From Patescibacteria group bacterium (GTDB taxonomy: Bacteria; Patescibacteriota; Patescibacteriia; UBA9934; GWF2-40-263), in the NCBI GenBank assembly GCA_004297215.1, contig SCUM01000002.1, positions 70,270 through 134,269 on the forward strand: a stretch of 64,000 bases of DNA. Direction: 5' to 3'. The notes under the pieces are model-generated. The model saw nothing but the letters and a program-made list of their open reading frames with translations, was not told the origin of the DNA and did no database searches. Each line of letters begins with the position of its first letter. The stretch's first letter is position 1. This document shows, piece after piece, positions 29,325-38,421 of the stretch. A program made the translations under genes and the position numbers.

Positions 29325-29716
29325 AGGGCCGCGGCGTGCGACTTGATCTTCTTCACCATCTCGGAAAGCGAATAGTCGGCCTTCACCAGGTATTCGCGCA
29401 CGCCCAGCTTCTCGATCTGGTCGATGTCCTCCTGTTGTCCGAGGTTCGAGAGGACCACCACCGCGAGCTTGGCCGTGGACGCGTTCTTGCGGATCTCGGT
29501 GAGCACCTCGAACCCGCTCTTCTTGGGGAGGATGAGGTCGAGCAGCACCAGGACGGGCTTGAGGCTCCCGACCTGGTCGATGGCCGATTGCCCGTCGGAG
29601 GCCACGGTCACGTCGAACCCTTCGTCGGACAGGCGCTGGGACAGCACCTTGTAGAGGAAGGGGTCGTCCTCCACGAGGAGGATTTTCTGTTGTTTGGAGG
29701 CTGGCACACGGGTCAC
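29321..29716 (-). CDS. Response regulator, receiver (REC) domain only
   Basis: KILLVEDDPFL...LLDLILPKKSGFEVLTEIR...LSN...K is a CheY-like fold with the phospho-acceptor Asp context. Confidence 0.85.
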   Translation of the reverse strand: MTRVPASKQQKILLVEDDPFLYKVLSQRLSDEGFDVTVASDGQSAIDQVGSLKPVLVLLDLILPKKSGFEVLTEIRKNASTAKLAVVVLSNLGQQEDIDQIEKLGVREYLVKADYSLSEMVKKIKSHAAAL

Positions 29717-30111
29717 CCTTTCAATAATTTAGCGACGGCATCATACAGCGTTTCCGGCGAGATGGTGGTCTTCACCAGGTACATGTGGGCGCCCAGCGTG
29801 AGGCCGCGGCGCTGTTCGAAATCCTGGTCGAGGCTCGAGAGGATCACCACGGGAAGCTTCTCGGTCTTCGGGTTCCTCCGGATCTCGGTGAGCACCTCGA
29901 ACCCGTCCTTCTTGGGGAGCAGCACGTCGAGCACGAGGGCCGCGGGCGCCTCATGGAACGCCATCTGGATGCCCGTGAGGCCGTTGTCGGCCGTGATCAC
30001 CTCGTATCCCTTGGCCTTGAGCCAGGTCGCGTACATCTCGCGCAACGCCTGTTCGTCCTCGACGACGAGGATGCGGGTCTTGTGGTGGGTCGTTGGTTTC
30101 TTCAAGGCCAT
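29713..30111 (-). CDS. Response regulator, receiver (REC) domain only
   Basis: RILVVEDEQALREMY...VLDVLLPKKDGFEVLTEIRRN.... The start was trimmed to MALKK ('cat' at 30109-30111), because the upstream extension is Arg/Ser-rich junk. Confidence 0.85.
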   Translation of the reverse strand: MALKKPTTHHKTRILVVEDEQALREMYATWLKAKGYEVITADNGLTGIQMAFHEAPAALVLDVLLPKKDGFEVLTEIRRNPKTEKLPVVILSSLDQDFEQRRGLTLGAHMYLVKTTISPETLYDAVAKLLKG

Positions 30112-30133
30112 ACGTCGGCAAGTATATCCCAAG

Positions 30134-31318
30134 TCAGGCCCCTTTGCGAGGCGCGCGCGGATGCCCGGCCACCGGGAGGGAGAAGCACATGGTGGTGCCG
30201 TGCCCCGGACGGCTGGTGAACCACATCTGGCCGCCATGCGTGCCCACGATCGCGCGCGCGAGCGTGAGCCCGAGCCCTTTCCCGTCGACCCACACGTCGC
30301 GGGCGCGCTCCCCACGGAAGAACGGGCGGAAGACGCTGCGCGTTTCCGCGGCCGGGATGCCCATCCCCTGGTCGGACACGGAAACGACCACGCTATCCTT
30401 CACGCCATGGGGAATCGACCATTTCTTCACGGCCTCCGGCGACACCTTGGAACCCACCGCGATGGCGCGCACCGTGACCGTGCGCTTCTCCGGGGAGTAC
30501 TTCACGGTGTTGTCGATGAGCACGCCTAGCACCTGCTCGATGCGCTTGGGGTCGCCCAGCACCAGGGGAAGGCCTCCCGCGTCGGGGTGCCAGGCGAGCT
30601 TGAGGCTCTTGCGCCGCAGATCCACGGCCCAGGCCCCGGCAGCCGCGTCCACGATCGCGCCCACGTCGCAGGGCTGGGCGCGCATGTGCAGCGGGTCCTT
30701 GCGCAGCACGATGAAGGCGTCCTGCAGCTCGTCGGCGACGCTCGCGAGCTTCACGCTGGAGTACTCGAGCTTGTCGAGGAGCTCGCGCTGCCCTTCCGTG
30801 ACCTCCCCGCTCTCCTCGTTCTTGAGCGATTCCACGGTCCAACGGATGGCGTTCACGGGGGTGCGCAGCACGTGCGCCGTGTAGTACATGAAGTCCGACA
30901 GGATGCCGCCCGTCTCCGCGGCCTTGTCCCGGCAGAGGTCCGCCTCTTCCTCGACCGAGGCGCTCAAGGTGCGGATGCGCCAGCCGTACTCGGCGAGCGC
31001 TTCGGCGAGTTCGTGGGTCTCGCGCGTACGTGCCGCGAAGGAAGGGGGCGGGACGGGCGAAGGCGGCGTGGTCGCGTTCGCGTCCACGACCGCGCGCGAG
31101 AGCACGCGGATCTCGCGCGTGATCGCGCTCGACAGGTGCCAGGCGAACCCGAACACCAGCAGGCAGATGAGCGCCAAGAACGTGATGCCGACGGCCCATC
31201 CGTCGGACACGGCCATGACGAACGCGACGAGGACGACGAGGGCCAAGCCAAAAGCAAGAAAGGCCGAAAGGATCCTCCCCCGAATGCTCGGCAGTGGTGC
31301 CCGAGGCTTCTTGTTCAT
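30134..31318 (-). CDS. Sensor histidine kinase (HisKA + HATPase_c) with N-terminal TM segments
   Basis: An H-box ...AHVLRTPVNAIRW... and ATPase motifs DQGMGIP and GKGLGLTLARAIV. Confidence 0.85.
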   Translation of the reverse strand: MNKKPRAPLPSIRGRILSAFLAFGLALVVLVAFVMAVSDGWAVGITFLALICLLVFGFAWHLSSAITREIRVLSRAVVDANATTPPSPVPPPSFAARTRETHELAEALAEYGWRIRTLSASVEEEADLCRDKAAETGGILSDFMYYTAHVLRTPVNAIRWTVESLKNEESGEVTEGQRELLDKLEYSSVKLASVADELQDAFIVLRKDPLHMRAQPCDVGAIVDAAAGAWAVDLRRKSLKLAWHPDAGGLPLVLGDPKRIEQVLGVLIDNTVKYSPEKRTVTVRAIAVGSKVSPEAVKKWSIPHGVKDSVVVSVSDQGMGIPAAETRSVFRPFFRGERARDVWVDGKGLGLTLARAIVGTHGGQMWFTSRPGHGTTMCFSLPVAGHPRAPRKGA

Positions 31319-31347
31319 ATCCTCCTGTGCGCCTAGTATAGCACGAC

Positions 31348-32073
31348 ATGGTCGGTTTCCTCCTCATCGACAAGCCCGCCGGACCAACCAGCCACGACAT
31401 CGTGGACGCGGTTCGGCGCGTCACCGGTGAAAAACGGGTGGGGCATGCCGGCACGCTTGATCCGTTCGCGACAGGGCTGCTCATCGTCGGCGTCGGACGC
31501 GAGGCCACGCGCGAATTCCCGAAATTGGTCGGGCTCGACAAGACATACGAGGCCACGATGGTGCTGGGCGCGACGAGCGACACGCAGGACCGGACGGGAC
31601 GCATCGAGCCGACAGTCTTCGACTCCGAGGTCGCTCAGACTCGAGGAGCCGTCAGCCGTCAGCCGTCAGCGGACGAGCTGCGGGACGCGTTCATGCGCTT
31701 CACGGGCACGATCCGACAGACGCCGCCGATGTATTCCGCGAAAAAGGTCGGCGGACGAAAACTCTATGAACTGGCTCGTCAGGGCATCGAGGTCGCTCGC
31801 GAGCCTGTCGACGTCATCGTCCACGCGCTCGAACTCCTCTCCCATGACCCGCCGCGCGCCACGATCCGAGTCTCCTGCTCGAGCGGAACCTATATCCGTA
31901 CGCTCGCCCATGACATAGGCCAGGCGTTGGGGTGCGGCGCGTATCTCGAGACCCTCCGACGCACGAAGATCGGCCCATTCGACCTTTCGTCATCCGTTCC
32001 CCTTGCCACGCTCACCAAAGACGCCGTCTCCGCGCATCTTCAACCCGTTTCGACCATTCTCAGCCATATTTAG
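31348..32073 (+). CDS. truB: tRNA pseudouridine(55) synthase
   Basis: GFLLIDKPAGPTSHDIV...GHAGTLDPFATGLLIV is the TruB catalytic-Asp motif. Confidence 0.93.
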   Translation: MVGFLLIDKPAGPTSHDIVDAVRRVTGEKRVGHAGTLDPFATGLLIVGVGREATREFPKLVGLDKTYEATMVLGATSDTQDRTGRIEPTVFDSEVAQTRGAVSRQPSADELRDAFMRFTGTIRQTPPMYSAKKVGGRKLYELARQGIEVAREPVDVIVHALELLSHDPPRATIRVSCSSGTYIRTLAHDIGQALGCGAYLETLRRTKIGPFDLSSSVPLATLTKDAVSAHLQPVSTILSHI

Positions 32074-32323
32074 GCCATTCGGCCCCTTCTCCCCCTTCAG
32101 CCCCTTTCCACCCTCCCCGCTCCCTGCTACATTAGGGCTGTAACTCATGTCAGCGAATCCGAGCGGCGCGATGAGCGCGAGCGACTGGGTACGATTGGTT
32201 CCGATTTTCCCTGTGACTTCATCCAAAAAGACCGTTTCACGTCTGTTGGACTAGCCACAAACCCCGCCTGCGGCGGGGGTCGTTCGAATGTCCGTCGCGT
32301 TTCTCGGAGAGAGAAACGCCTTT

Positions 32324-33877
32324 ATGGTATTCATCTACGCGATCGCGGCCGCGCTCCTCGGGGCCGCCGCCGGATACGGCGCCCGGCAGGTGCTGGGCAA
32401 GCGTACCCAGGACAGCGCCGAGGCCAAGGCAGAGAGGATCCTTTCCGAGGCGAAGTCGAAGGCCGCCGAACTCGAAAGCAAGGCGAAGCAGCAGCAGGGC
32501 GAGATCCTGCTGGAGGCCAAGAACCAGTCGCTCAAGCTGGTGGAAGACGCCAAGCGCACCGAAGCGGAGATCCGCAAGGACCTCACGGAGACGCAGCGCC
32601 GATTGGAAAAGCGCGAGACGATGTTCGACCAGAAGCTCCTCGAGCTCGAGGACAAGAAGGCCGGGCTCGAGACGCAGGAGAAGGACGTAGCCGCGGTCAA
32701 GGAAAGCGTGCTGAGGATCAAGGAGGAAGAGACCGTCCGGCTGCAGGCGATCGCCTCGCTCACCAAGGAAGAGGCGCTCGCGCGGCTCATGGGCAACGTG
32801 GAACATGACCAGAAGGAAGCGCTCATGGCGCGCATCCGCAAGCTCGAGCAGGAAGGCGAGGAGGAGCTCGAACGCAAGAGCCGCAACGTGCTCGCGCTCG
32901 CCATGTCGCGCTTCGCCTCGAGCGTCTCCGTGGACGGCACCACCAGCTCGGTGGAGATCCCGAGCGACGACATGAAGGGCCGCATCATCGGCAAGGAAGG
33001 GCGCAACATCAAGGCGATCGAGCACCTCACCGGCACGGAAATCATCGTGGACGACACCCCCAACGCCATCACCGTGAGCGGCTTCTCCCCGATCCGCCGC
33101 CAGGTGGCCAAACGCGCCATCGAGGCGCTCGTGAAGGACGGCCGCATCCAGCCGGCCCGCATCGAGGAGGCGGTGAACGAGGCCAAGAAGAACCTGGCGA
33201 GCGACCTCAAGAAGGCCGGCGAGGAGGCGCTCTACGCGCTCGGCATCCCGGTGTCGTCCATCGATCCCAAGCTGATCTCGATCCTCGGGCGCATGAAATA
33301 CCGCACGAGTTACGGCCAGAATGCGCTCCAGCACTCGATCGAGGTGGGCCAGATCTCGGCCATGATCGCCGAAGAACTGGGCGCCGACGTGTTCACGTGC
33401 AAGAAGGGCGGATTGTTCCACGACATCGGCAAGGCCGTGGACCACGACATGCAGGGCGCGCACCCGGAGATCGGGTACAACATCATGAAGAAGTTCGGGT
33501 TCACGGAGGAGCTCGCCTATCAGTCGATCGCCCACCACGAGGACCGCCCGCGCACGATCGAGGGCGCCATCGTGAAAGCCGCCGACGCCATTTCCGGCGC
33601 CCGCCCCGGCGCGCGCAAGCAAAGCATCGAGCAGTTCATCCAGCGCATGGAGCAGCTCGAAGCCACCGCCACCAACTTCGACGGGGTCGAGAAGGCCTAC
33701 GCCATCCAGGCCGGCCGCGAGGTGCGCGTGTTCATCAAGCCGGAAACCATCGACGACCTCGGCGCCTACAAGCTCGCCCGCGACATCGCCAACAAGATCG
33801 AAGCCGAGCTGTCGTATCCTGGCGAAGTGAAGGTCACGGTGATCCGCGAGACGCGCGTGATAGAATTCGCGAAATGA
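32324..33877 (+). CDS. rny: Ribonuclease Y
   Basis: An N-terminal TM helix, a coiled-coil, a KH domain (...MKGRIIGKEGRNIKAIE...) and an HD domain (...HSIEVGQ...HDIGK...). Confidence 0.9.
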   Translation: MVFIYAIAAALLGAAAGYGARQVLGKRTQDSAEAKAERILSEAKSKAAELESKAKQQQGEILLEAKNQSLKLVEDAKRTEAEIRKDLTETQRRLEKRETMFDQKLLELEDKKAGLETQEKDVAAVKESVLRIKEEETVRLQAIASLTKEEALARLMGNVEHDQKEALMARIRKLEQEGEEELERKSRNVLALAMSRFASSVSVDGTTSSVEIPSDDMKGRIIGKEGRNIKAIEHLTGTEIIVDDTPNAITVSGFSPIRRQVAKRAIEALVKDGRIQPARIEEAVNEAKKNLASDLKKAGEEALYALGIPVSSIDPKLISILGRMKYRTSYGQNALQHSIEVGQISAMIAEELGADVFTCKKGGLFHDIGKAVDHDMQGAHPEIGYNIMKKFGFTEELAYQSIAHHEDRPRTIEGAIVKAADAISGARPGARKQSIEQFIQRMEQLEATATNFDGVEKAYAIQAGREVRVFIKPETIDDLGAYKLARDIANKIEAELSYPGEVKVTVIRETRVIEFAK

Positions 33878-33896
33878 TTCGGCCTAAGGCCGAATC
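33876..33896. repeat. Perfect palindrome GATTCGGCCTAAGGCCGAATC overlapping the rny stop codon
   Basis: A second copy of the TTCGGCCTAAGGCCGAA core seen at 11872-11892. Confidence 0.55.
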
Positions 33897-33979
33897 ACCC
33901 TGAGCGCCATCAGGCGCGAAGGGTCTCGTGCAAGAACATAAAGACGGCCCGCGAGGGCCGTCTTCTTGATGCTCATGGA

Positions 33980-34276
33980 CTAGCTCCCCGGCTGGCGCTT
34001 GCCCTTCAAGGCGTCCTTGAGCGCCTTGCCGGCCTTGAACTTGGGGACGATGACCGACGGAATCTGGATCTTCTCGGTGGGCTTTTGCGGGTTGACCCCC
34101 ATGCGGCCGGCGCGTTCGCGGGCCGAGAAGGTGCCGAATCCGGCGATGGTCACTTCCCCTTTCTCGACGAGCGTCCGGGTGACGATCTCCTCGAACGAGG
34201 CGATGAAATCCTCTCCCAGCTTCTTCGCGATTCCGAGCTTATCCGCGATCCTGCCGGCCAATTCCGCTTTGTTCAT
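33980..34276 (-). CDS. hup: DNA-binding protein HU
   Basis: MNKAELAGRIADKLGI...GFGTFSARERAGRMGVNPQ... matches the HU/IHF fold. The start was trimmed to MNKAEL. Confidence 0.9.
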   Translation of the reverse strand: MNKAELAGRIADKLGIAKKLGEDFIASFEEIVTRTLVEKGEVTIAGFGTFSARERAGRMGVNPQKPTEKIQIPSVIVPKFKAGKALKDALKGKRQPGS

Positions 34277-34355
34277 AGTCAGTGGATTGATGTCTTTGCC
34301 GTAAGCATAGCCACGAAACGCCTGTCGCGCAAGCCCGGTAGCTGCCGGGCAAGCC

Positions 34356-34865
34356 CTACGGCCGATACGCGCGGAAGGTCTCAAGGATGGGCGAAAACGC
34401 CTCGCCCTGCGTGAGGAACACCGAGACGATGATCGTCTTCCCGTCCCGGTCGAAGAGATAATGCGCCTTTTCTTCCCCGGACTCGGTGGTGCTCACGACC
34501 TTGGTCATCCGGATTCCCCCGCGCTTCTCGCTCTCGCGCGACGTGACCGCGATGCCCGCGCCGCTCCCCGTAAGCGCGGCCGCGAACGCGTCATCGGTGA
34601 GCCCGGGAACGGCGTAGAACGCGGCGATGTTGAGCGGTTTGGCTTCCTTCACGGTGTCGCGCAGCGTGGCGAAGAAATCCACGTCCAGGCCGAGGTACTG
34701 CGTCTCACGTACGTCATCGGGCCTCGTGCGCACTTCCATGTCGGACGGGTAATTGAACGCGAACCCGTACTCGGCGTTCTCGTATGCGGTCCCTTCGAAG
34801 GACGGCGCGAAACATCCGGCACCGGCAAGGACGATGAGCGAGAGGATGGGAAGAAGACGTTTCAT
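34356..34865 (-). CDS. Putative lipoprotein (hypothetical)
   Basis: A signal peptide with a lipobox-like LAGAGC. No other motif recognised. Confidence 0.55.
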   Translation of the reverse strand: MKRLLPILSLIVLAGAGCFAPSFEGTAYENAEYGFAFNYPSDMEVRTRPDDVRETQYLGLDVDFFATLRDTVKEAKPLNIAAFYAVPGLTDDAFAAALTGSGAGIAVTSRESEKRGGIRMTKVVSTTESGEEKAHYLFDRDGKTIIVSVFLTQGEAFSPILETFRAYRP

Positions 34866-34866
34866 A

Positions 34867-36144
34867 TCAGGAATTCATGAACGTTCGCACGTCCTCCAAG
34901 ACGTCCTCGGACTTCACGAGTCGCGACGCGCTCTCCTGTCGCACTTTCCACTCCACGGCTCCTTCCGCGGAGGTCTTCGGCGAAAGCACGAGGCGCAGCG
35001 GGCAGCCGATGAGGTCGGCGTCCGCGAATTTTTCTCCGGCCGAGGCGTTCGTCCGATCGTCCCAAAGCACGTCCGCGCCGGCGGCCTCCAGTTCCGCGAC
35101 CAGCCCTTCGGCCGCGGCGACCAGCTTCTCCTGCTCGGCCGGATCCTTGGCCGGGAGCGACACGAGGTGCACCAGGTACGGGGCGATCTCCTTGGGCCAC
35201 AGGATCCCCTTGCCATCATTGTGCACTTCAACCGCCGCGCCCATCACGCGGCTGGGCCCGATGCCGTAGCAGCCCATGAGCACGCGCACCGGCTTCCCTT
35301 CTTCGCCCGTGACGTCAAACGCGAACGCGTCGGTAAAGCGCGTCTTGAGTTGGAAGATGTTCCCTACCTCGATCGCCTTGACCTCCCTCACCTGGCCGCC
35401 GCAGCCGGGCGGGCAGGCATCGCCGTTTTTGAGCTGGCAGATCTCCTTATTCTGCGCCCAGTCGCACTTCACGCAAGAATACACCGTGTCCTCGCCGGCC
35501 TCCGTAGGCACCTGGAACTCGTGGCTATACTTGGAAAACGCGCCGCCCGAAGCCTCAACCATGAGGGCGTCGAGCCCGCAACGCTTGAACGCGCGCTTAT
35601 ACGCCTGTGCCGCCTTGGCGTAGAACGCCTCGAGGTCCGCTTCCGTGAGGTGGAAGCTGTACAGGTCCTTCATCGAAAATTCGCGGCCGCGCAGCAGGCC
35701 GGACTTCGCGCGCGGCTCGTTCCTGAACTTGTCCTGGATCTGGAACACGGAAAGCGGGAGGTCGCGATAGCTCTTCACGTATCTCTGCACGAGCGGGGTG
35801 ACGACCTCCTCATGCGTCCAGCCGAGGCCGAACGCCTTGTCGCCGCGCCCTTCGAATTGGAACATCACCTCTTTCCCCGGATCTTCCCAGCGGCCGGTCA
35901 CCTTCCACGGTTCCGCAGGCTGAAGCGCCGGCATGAGGATCTCATTCGCCCCGAGCGCGAGCATCTCCTCCCGGATGATCCCTTTCACCTTGTCGAGCAC
36001 CCGCAAGCCGAGCGGCAGGTAGGTATAGATGCCCGAGGCGAGCTGGTCCACGAACCCGCCCTGCACGAGCAGTTTGGCGTTCGCGCTGTCCGCGTCGTGC
36101 GGGGCGTTCTTGTTGGTTTTTCCGAACAGATGTGAGTACCTCAT
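34867..36144 (-). CDS. proS: Proline--tRNA ligase (short form lacking insertion/editing domain)
   Basis: Class II aaRS motifs with a ProRS-like N-terminus ...AKLLVQGGFVDQLASGIYTYLPLG.... The start was trimmed to MRYSHL ('cat' at 36142-36144). Confidence 0.92.
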   Translation of the reverse strand: MRYSHLFGKTNKNAPHDADSANAKLLVQGGFVDQLASGIYTYLPLGLRVLDKVKGIIREEMLALGANEILMPALQPAEPWKVTGRWEDPGKEVMFQFEGRGDKAFGLGWTHEEVVTPLVQRYVKSYRDLPLSVFQIQDKFRNEPRAKSGLLRGREFSMKDLYSFHLTEADLEAFYAKAAQAYKRAFKRCGLDALMVEASGGAFSKYSHEFQVPTEAGEDTVYSCVKCDWAQNKEICQLKNGDACPPGCGGQVREVKAIEVGNIFQLKTRFTDAFAFDVTGEEGKPVRVLMGCYGIGPSRVMGAAVEVHNDGKGILWPKEIAPYLVHLVSLPAKDPAEQEKLVAAAEGLVAELEAAGADVLWDDRTNASAGEKFADADLIGCPLRLVLSPKTSAEGAVEWKVRQESASRLVKSEDVLEDVRTFMNS

Positions 36145-36193
36145 ATACGCCGCGCAATGTAGCAATAAAAGACGGCGGGAGCAACCCACCGTG

Positions 36194-36781
36194 TCATTCG
36201 CCCTCTTCTTCGGACCAACGGGCCATGTCCGTGAGGGTCGACAGCCCGCACGCCTCCTCGATGTCCGCCCGGATCATCAGTTCGAGGTCGGTCCATGCGT
36301 CGGCCGTCCGCACCTCGGGACCGAGTTCCGGCACCGGCTTGCCTTCGGCAAGATACTTCATCTGCGCGTCGAGCGCCGGACGGAACAGATAGAGGTACAA
36401 TTCGCGCTTTCGCGGCATCGCGAGGAGCACCTCGCGGCGGTCATCCACGATGTGCGTCGCGCGCAAGACCTTGCACCACCAGCGTTTGTCATGACGCGAT
36501 CCGCAGAACTTGACGTTCGACCACGGGATGCCGGTGCGTCCCTCGAAATTCCGCGCCCGTAACCATCGGGTGCGCCGCCCGGTCGCTTCCGAGCCGCCGG
36601 AAGAGAGCATGTAAATGGTGATGCCCATGTCGGCGAGCTCGCGCAGCGCCTCGAACGCATGGGTCACCTCGGGCAGCTCCGGATCGCCGCGGGAGTACCG
36701 CATTCCTCTCAAGTCGGTCGCGTACTTGTCGATGACGACGCCCCCGAGGTCAACCACGAGGACGATCTGCTTGCGCAGCAT
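36194..36781 (-). CDS. HAD-superfamily hydrolase-like protein (5'(3')-deoxyribonucleotidase-like); motif I reads DLGGV rather than DxDG
   Basis: IVLVVDLGGVVID resembles HAD motif I with the second Asp replaced. ...IVDDRREVL resembles motif IV. Confidence 0.5.
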   Translation of the reverse strand: MLRKQIVLVVDLGGVVIDKYATDLRGMRYSRGDPELPEVTHAFEALRELADMGITIYMLSSGGSEATGRRTRWLRARNFEGRTGIPWSNVKFCGSRHDKRWWCKVLRATHIVDDRREVLLAMPRKRELYLYLFRPALDAQMKYLAEGKPVPELGPEVRTADAWTDLELMIRADIEEACGLSTLTDMARWSEEEGE

Positions 36782-36888
36782 GGTTCCTCCGTGGAAACAG
36801 GTGGGGGACCCTCAAACCCTGTCGGAAAAAGCGCGACCTGTCAAGGGATGGGGACAGCGCAAAACACCCCCGGGGCGGGAGTGTTTCA

Positions 36889-36964
36889 TGGTGCATCGGG
36901 TGGGACTCGAACCCACGACCAAGGGATTAAGAGTCCCCTGCTCTACCAGCTGAGCTACCGATGC
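36889..36964 (-). tRNA. tRNA-Lys (anticodon CTT)
   Basis: GCATCGGTAGCTCAGCTGGTAGAGCAGGGGACTCTTAATCCCTTGGTCGTGGGTTCGAGTCCCACCCGATGCACCA folds as a canonical cloverleaf with CCA encoded. Confidence 0.9.
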
Positions 36965-36994
36965 AAAAAGAATGTCGGAAGTATGCCAAGACGA

Positions 36995-37023
36995 TTGACG
37001 TGAGTCAAGAAATCGGGTATATT
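36995..37023 (+). promoter_or_regulatory. Promoter TTGACG -17 nt- TATATT upstream of tRNA-Arg
   Basis: The spacing is exact and the predicted transcription start is ~6-10 nt before the tRNA 5' end. A divergent TTGACT/CATACT arrangement for tRNA-Lys overlaps it. Confidence 0.45.
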
Positions 37024-37034
37024 CCTGCCCTGAC

Positions 37035-37111
37035 GCGGGCGTAGCTCATTTGGATAGAGCGCCTGGCTTCGAACCAGGAGGCAGGGGGTTCAAATCCCTC
37101 CGCCCGCACCA
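37035..37111 (+). tRNA. tRNA-Arg (anticodon TCG)
   Basis: GCGGGCGTAGCTCATTTGGATAGAGCGCCTGGCTTCGAACCAGGAGGCAGGGGGTTCAAATCCCTCCGCCCGCACCA folds as a canonical cloverleaf. Confidence 0.9.
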
Positions 37112-37173
37112 GAAAATCCATCGCTTCGCGCGATGGTTTTTCTTTGTCCCAAGTGCTACCATCCCGGCACCAT

Positions 37174-37725
37174 ATGTCCCTCTTTTCCTTCCTGAAATCC
37201 CTCATCCGTGACCCGCGCACCGTGGGGACGCTCTCCCCTGCCTCTCCCTTCACGGCGCGTCGCGTGGCCGATGCCATTCCTGCGGGAACGAAGAGCGTGC
37301 TCGAGCTGGGAGCCGGCGACGGCGCGCTCACGCGCGAATTGCTCAAGCGGCTCCCCTCGGACGGACGCGTGTACGCGGTGGAGGTGAAACCCGAGTTCGC
37401 CCGCGCGCTCGAGGCGATCGGCGACCCGCGGCTCGTGGTGTTCGAGGGCGATGCGCTCGACGTGCGTGCGGATGCGGCCAGGCACGGGGTGACCTCCTTC
37501 GACGCGGTGGTGAGCAGCCTCCCGTTCGCCCTTTTCGCCGAAGGGGCGCGCGACCGGATCATCGCCGACGTCCATGCGATGCTCGGCAGCGGCGGGACGT
37601 TCATCGTGTGCCAGCACCTCCCCACCTTGCTGCCCGCACTCAAGAAGCACTTCTCGGTGGACACTTCCTTCGAGCCCCTCAACCTCCCGCCCTACTTCAT
37701 CATCAAGGCCACGCATCAGGACTGA
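37174..37725 (+). CDS. Class I SAM-dependent methyltransferase
   Basis: VLELGAGDGALTRELL is the SAM-binding motif I, and VYAVEV is motif II. The start could instead be the ATG at 37144. Confidence 0.7.
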   Translation: MSLFSFLKSLIRDPRTVGTLSPASPFTARRVADAIPAGTKSVLELGAGDGALTRELLKRLPSDGRVYAVEVKPEFARALEAIGDPRLVVFEGDALDVRADAARHGVTSFDAVVSSLPFALFAEGARDRIIADVHAMLGSGGTFIVCQHLPTLLPALKKHFSVDTSFEPLNLPPYFIIKATHQD

Positions 37726-37772
37726 ACGGAAACGAAGACCGCCCGGAAGGGCGGTCTTTCGGTCGCGACGGC

Positions 37773-38228
37773 TTAGCGGGTGAGGCTGATGGTCGCGGAG
37801 AGCTCCGCGCCCGGGGCCGCGATGGTGATGCGGTCAGAGGCGTCCTCCGAGATGTCGTACCCGGTGTCGTAATCGGTCTCGCTGGTCCAGTGCGCGCCCG
37901 TGGCCGACGGGTCGTACGGCATGGTGGACATGTACTCCGTGACCAGGCACGGGGCGATGTCATAGTTCCCGACGCCATTGGCCATGTTCGTGGCCGTGGC
38001 CGGAATCGCGCCGGCGGCGCAGGTGAACACGCCGTTGTTCTCGGCCATGTTCGCGCTGATGGCGTTGCTGATCACGGTGACGTGCGCATACCGGGTGGAA
38101 TTGCGGGCGTTCGCGAACTGGCGGCCCGGGTTGAGGGCGGCGAGCGCGATGCCCACGAGGATGGCGATGAGCGCCATCACGATGAGGAGTTCAAGGAGCG
38201 TGAACCCCTTCTGCGAGGAACGTGTCAT
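37773..38228 (-). CDS. pilA: Type IV pilin (PilA-like major pilin)
   Basis: MTRSSQKG|FTLLELLIVMALIAILVGIALAAL is the canonical prepilin peptidase site with Glu+5. The start was trimmed to MTRSS ('cat' at 38226-38228). Confidence 0.85.
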   Translation of the reverse strand: MTRSSQKGFTLLELLIVMALIAILVGIALAALNPGRQFANARNSTRYAHVTVISNAISANMAENNGVFTCAAGAIPATATNMANGVGNYDIAPCLVTEYMSTMPYDPSATGAHWTSETDYDTGYDISEDASDRITIAAPGAELSATISLTR

Positions 38229-38421
38229 ACGGAAATCCAATTGGTTGGATTGATGAATAATTGTCCACATGATACCGCGAACATAATCTTCAGACAACTC
38301 CGACGCTCCGGTGAGCCGGAGGTCGGAGTCCGACCCGCCAACAGGCGGCGTCGGACCTGTCAATCCACAGGCCGAACGGCTATACTGTACGCGACCGGCC
38401 GCAACGGACGGAGGATCCGTT

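Noticed and set aside
31640-31665. GCCGTCA x3 tandem repeat
   Set aside because: It lies inside truB coding sequence, in frame (encoding SRQPSA). It is a trivial short tandem repeat and not a CRISPR or regulatory array.
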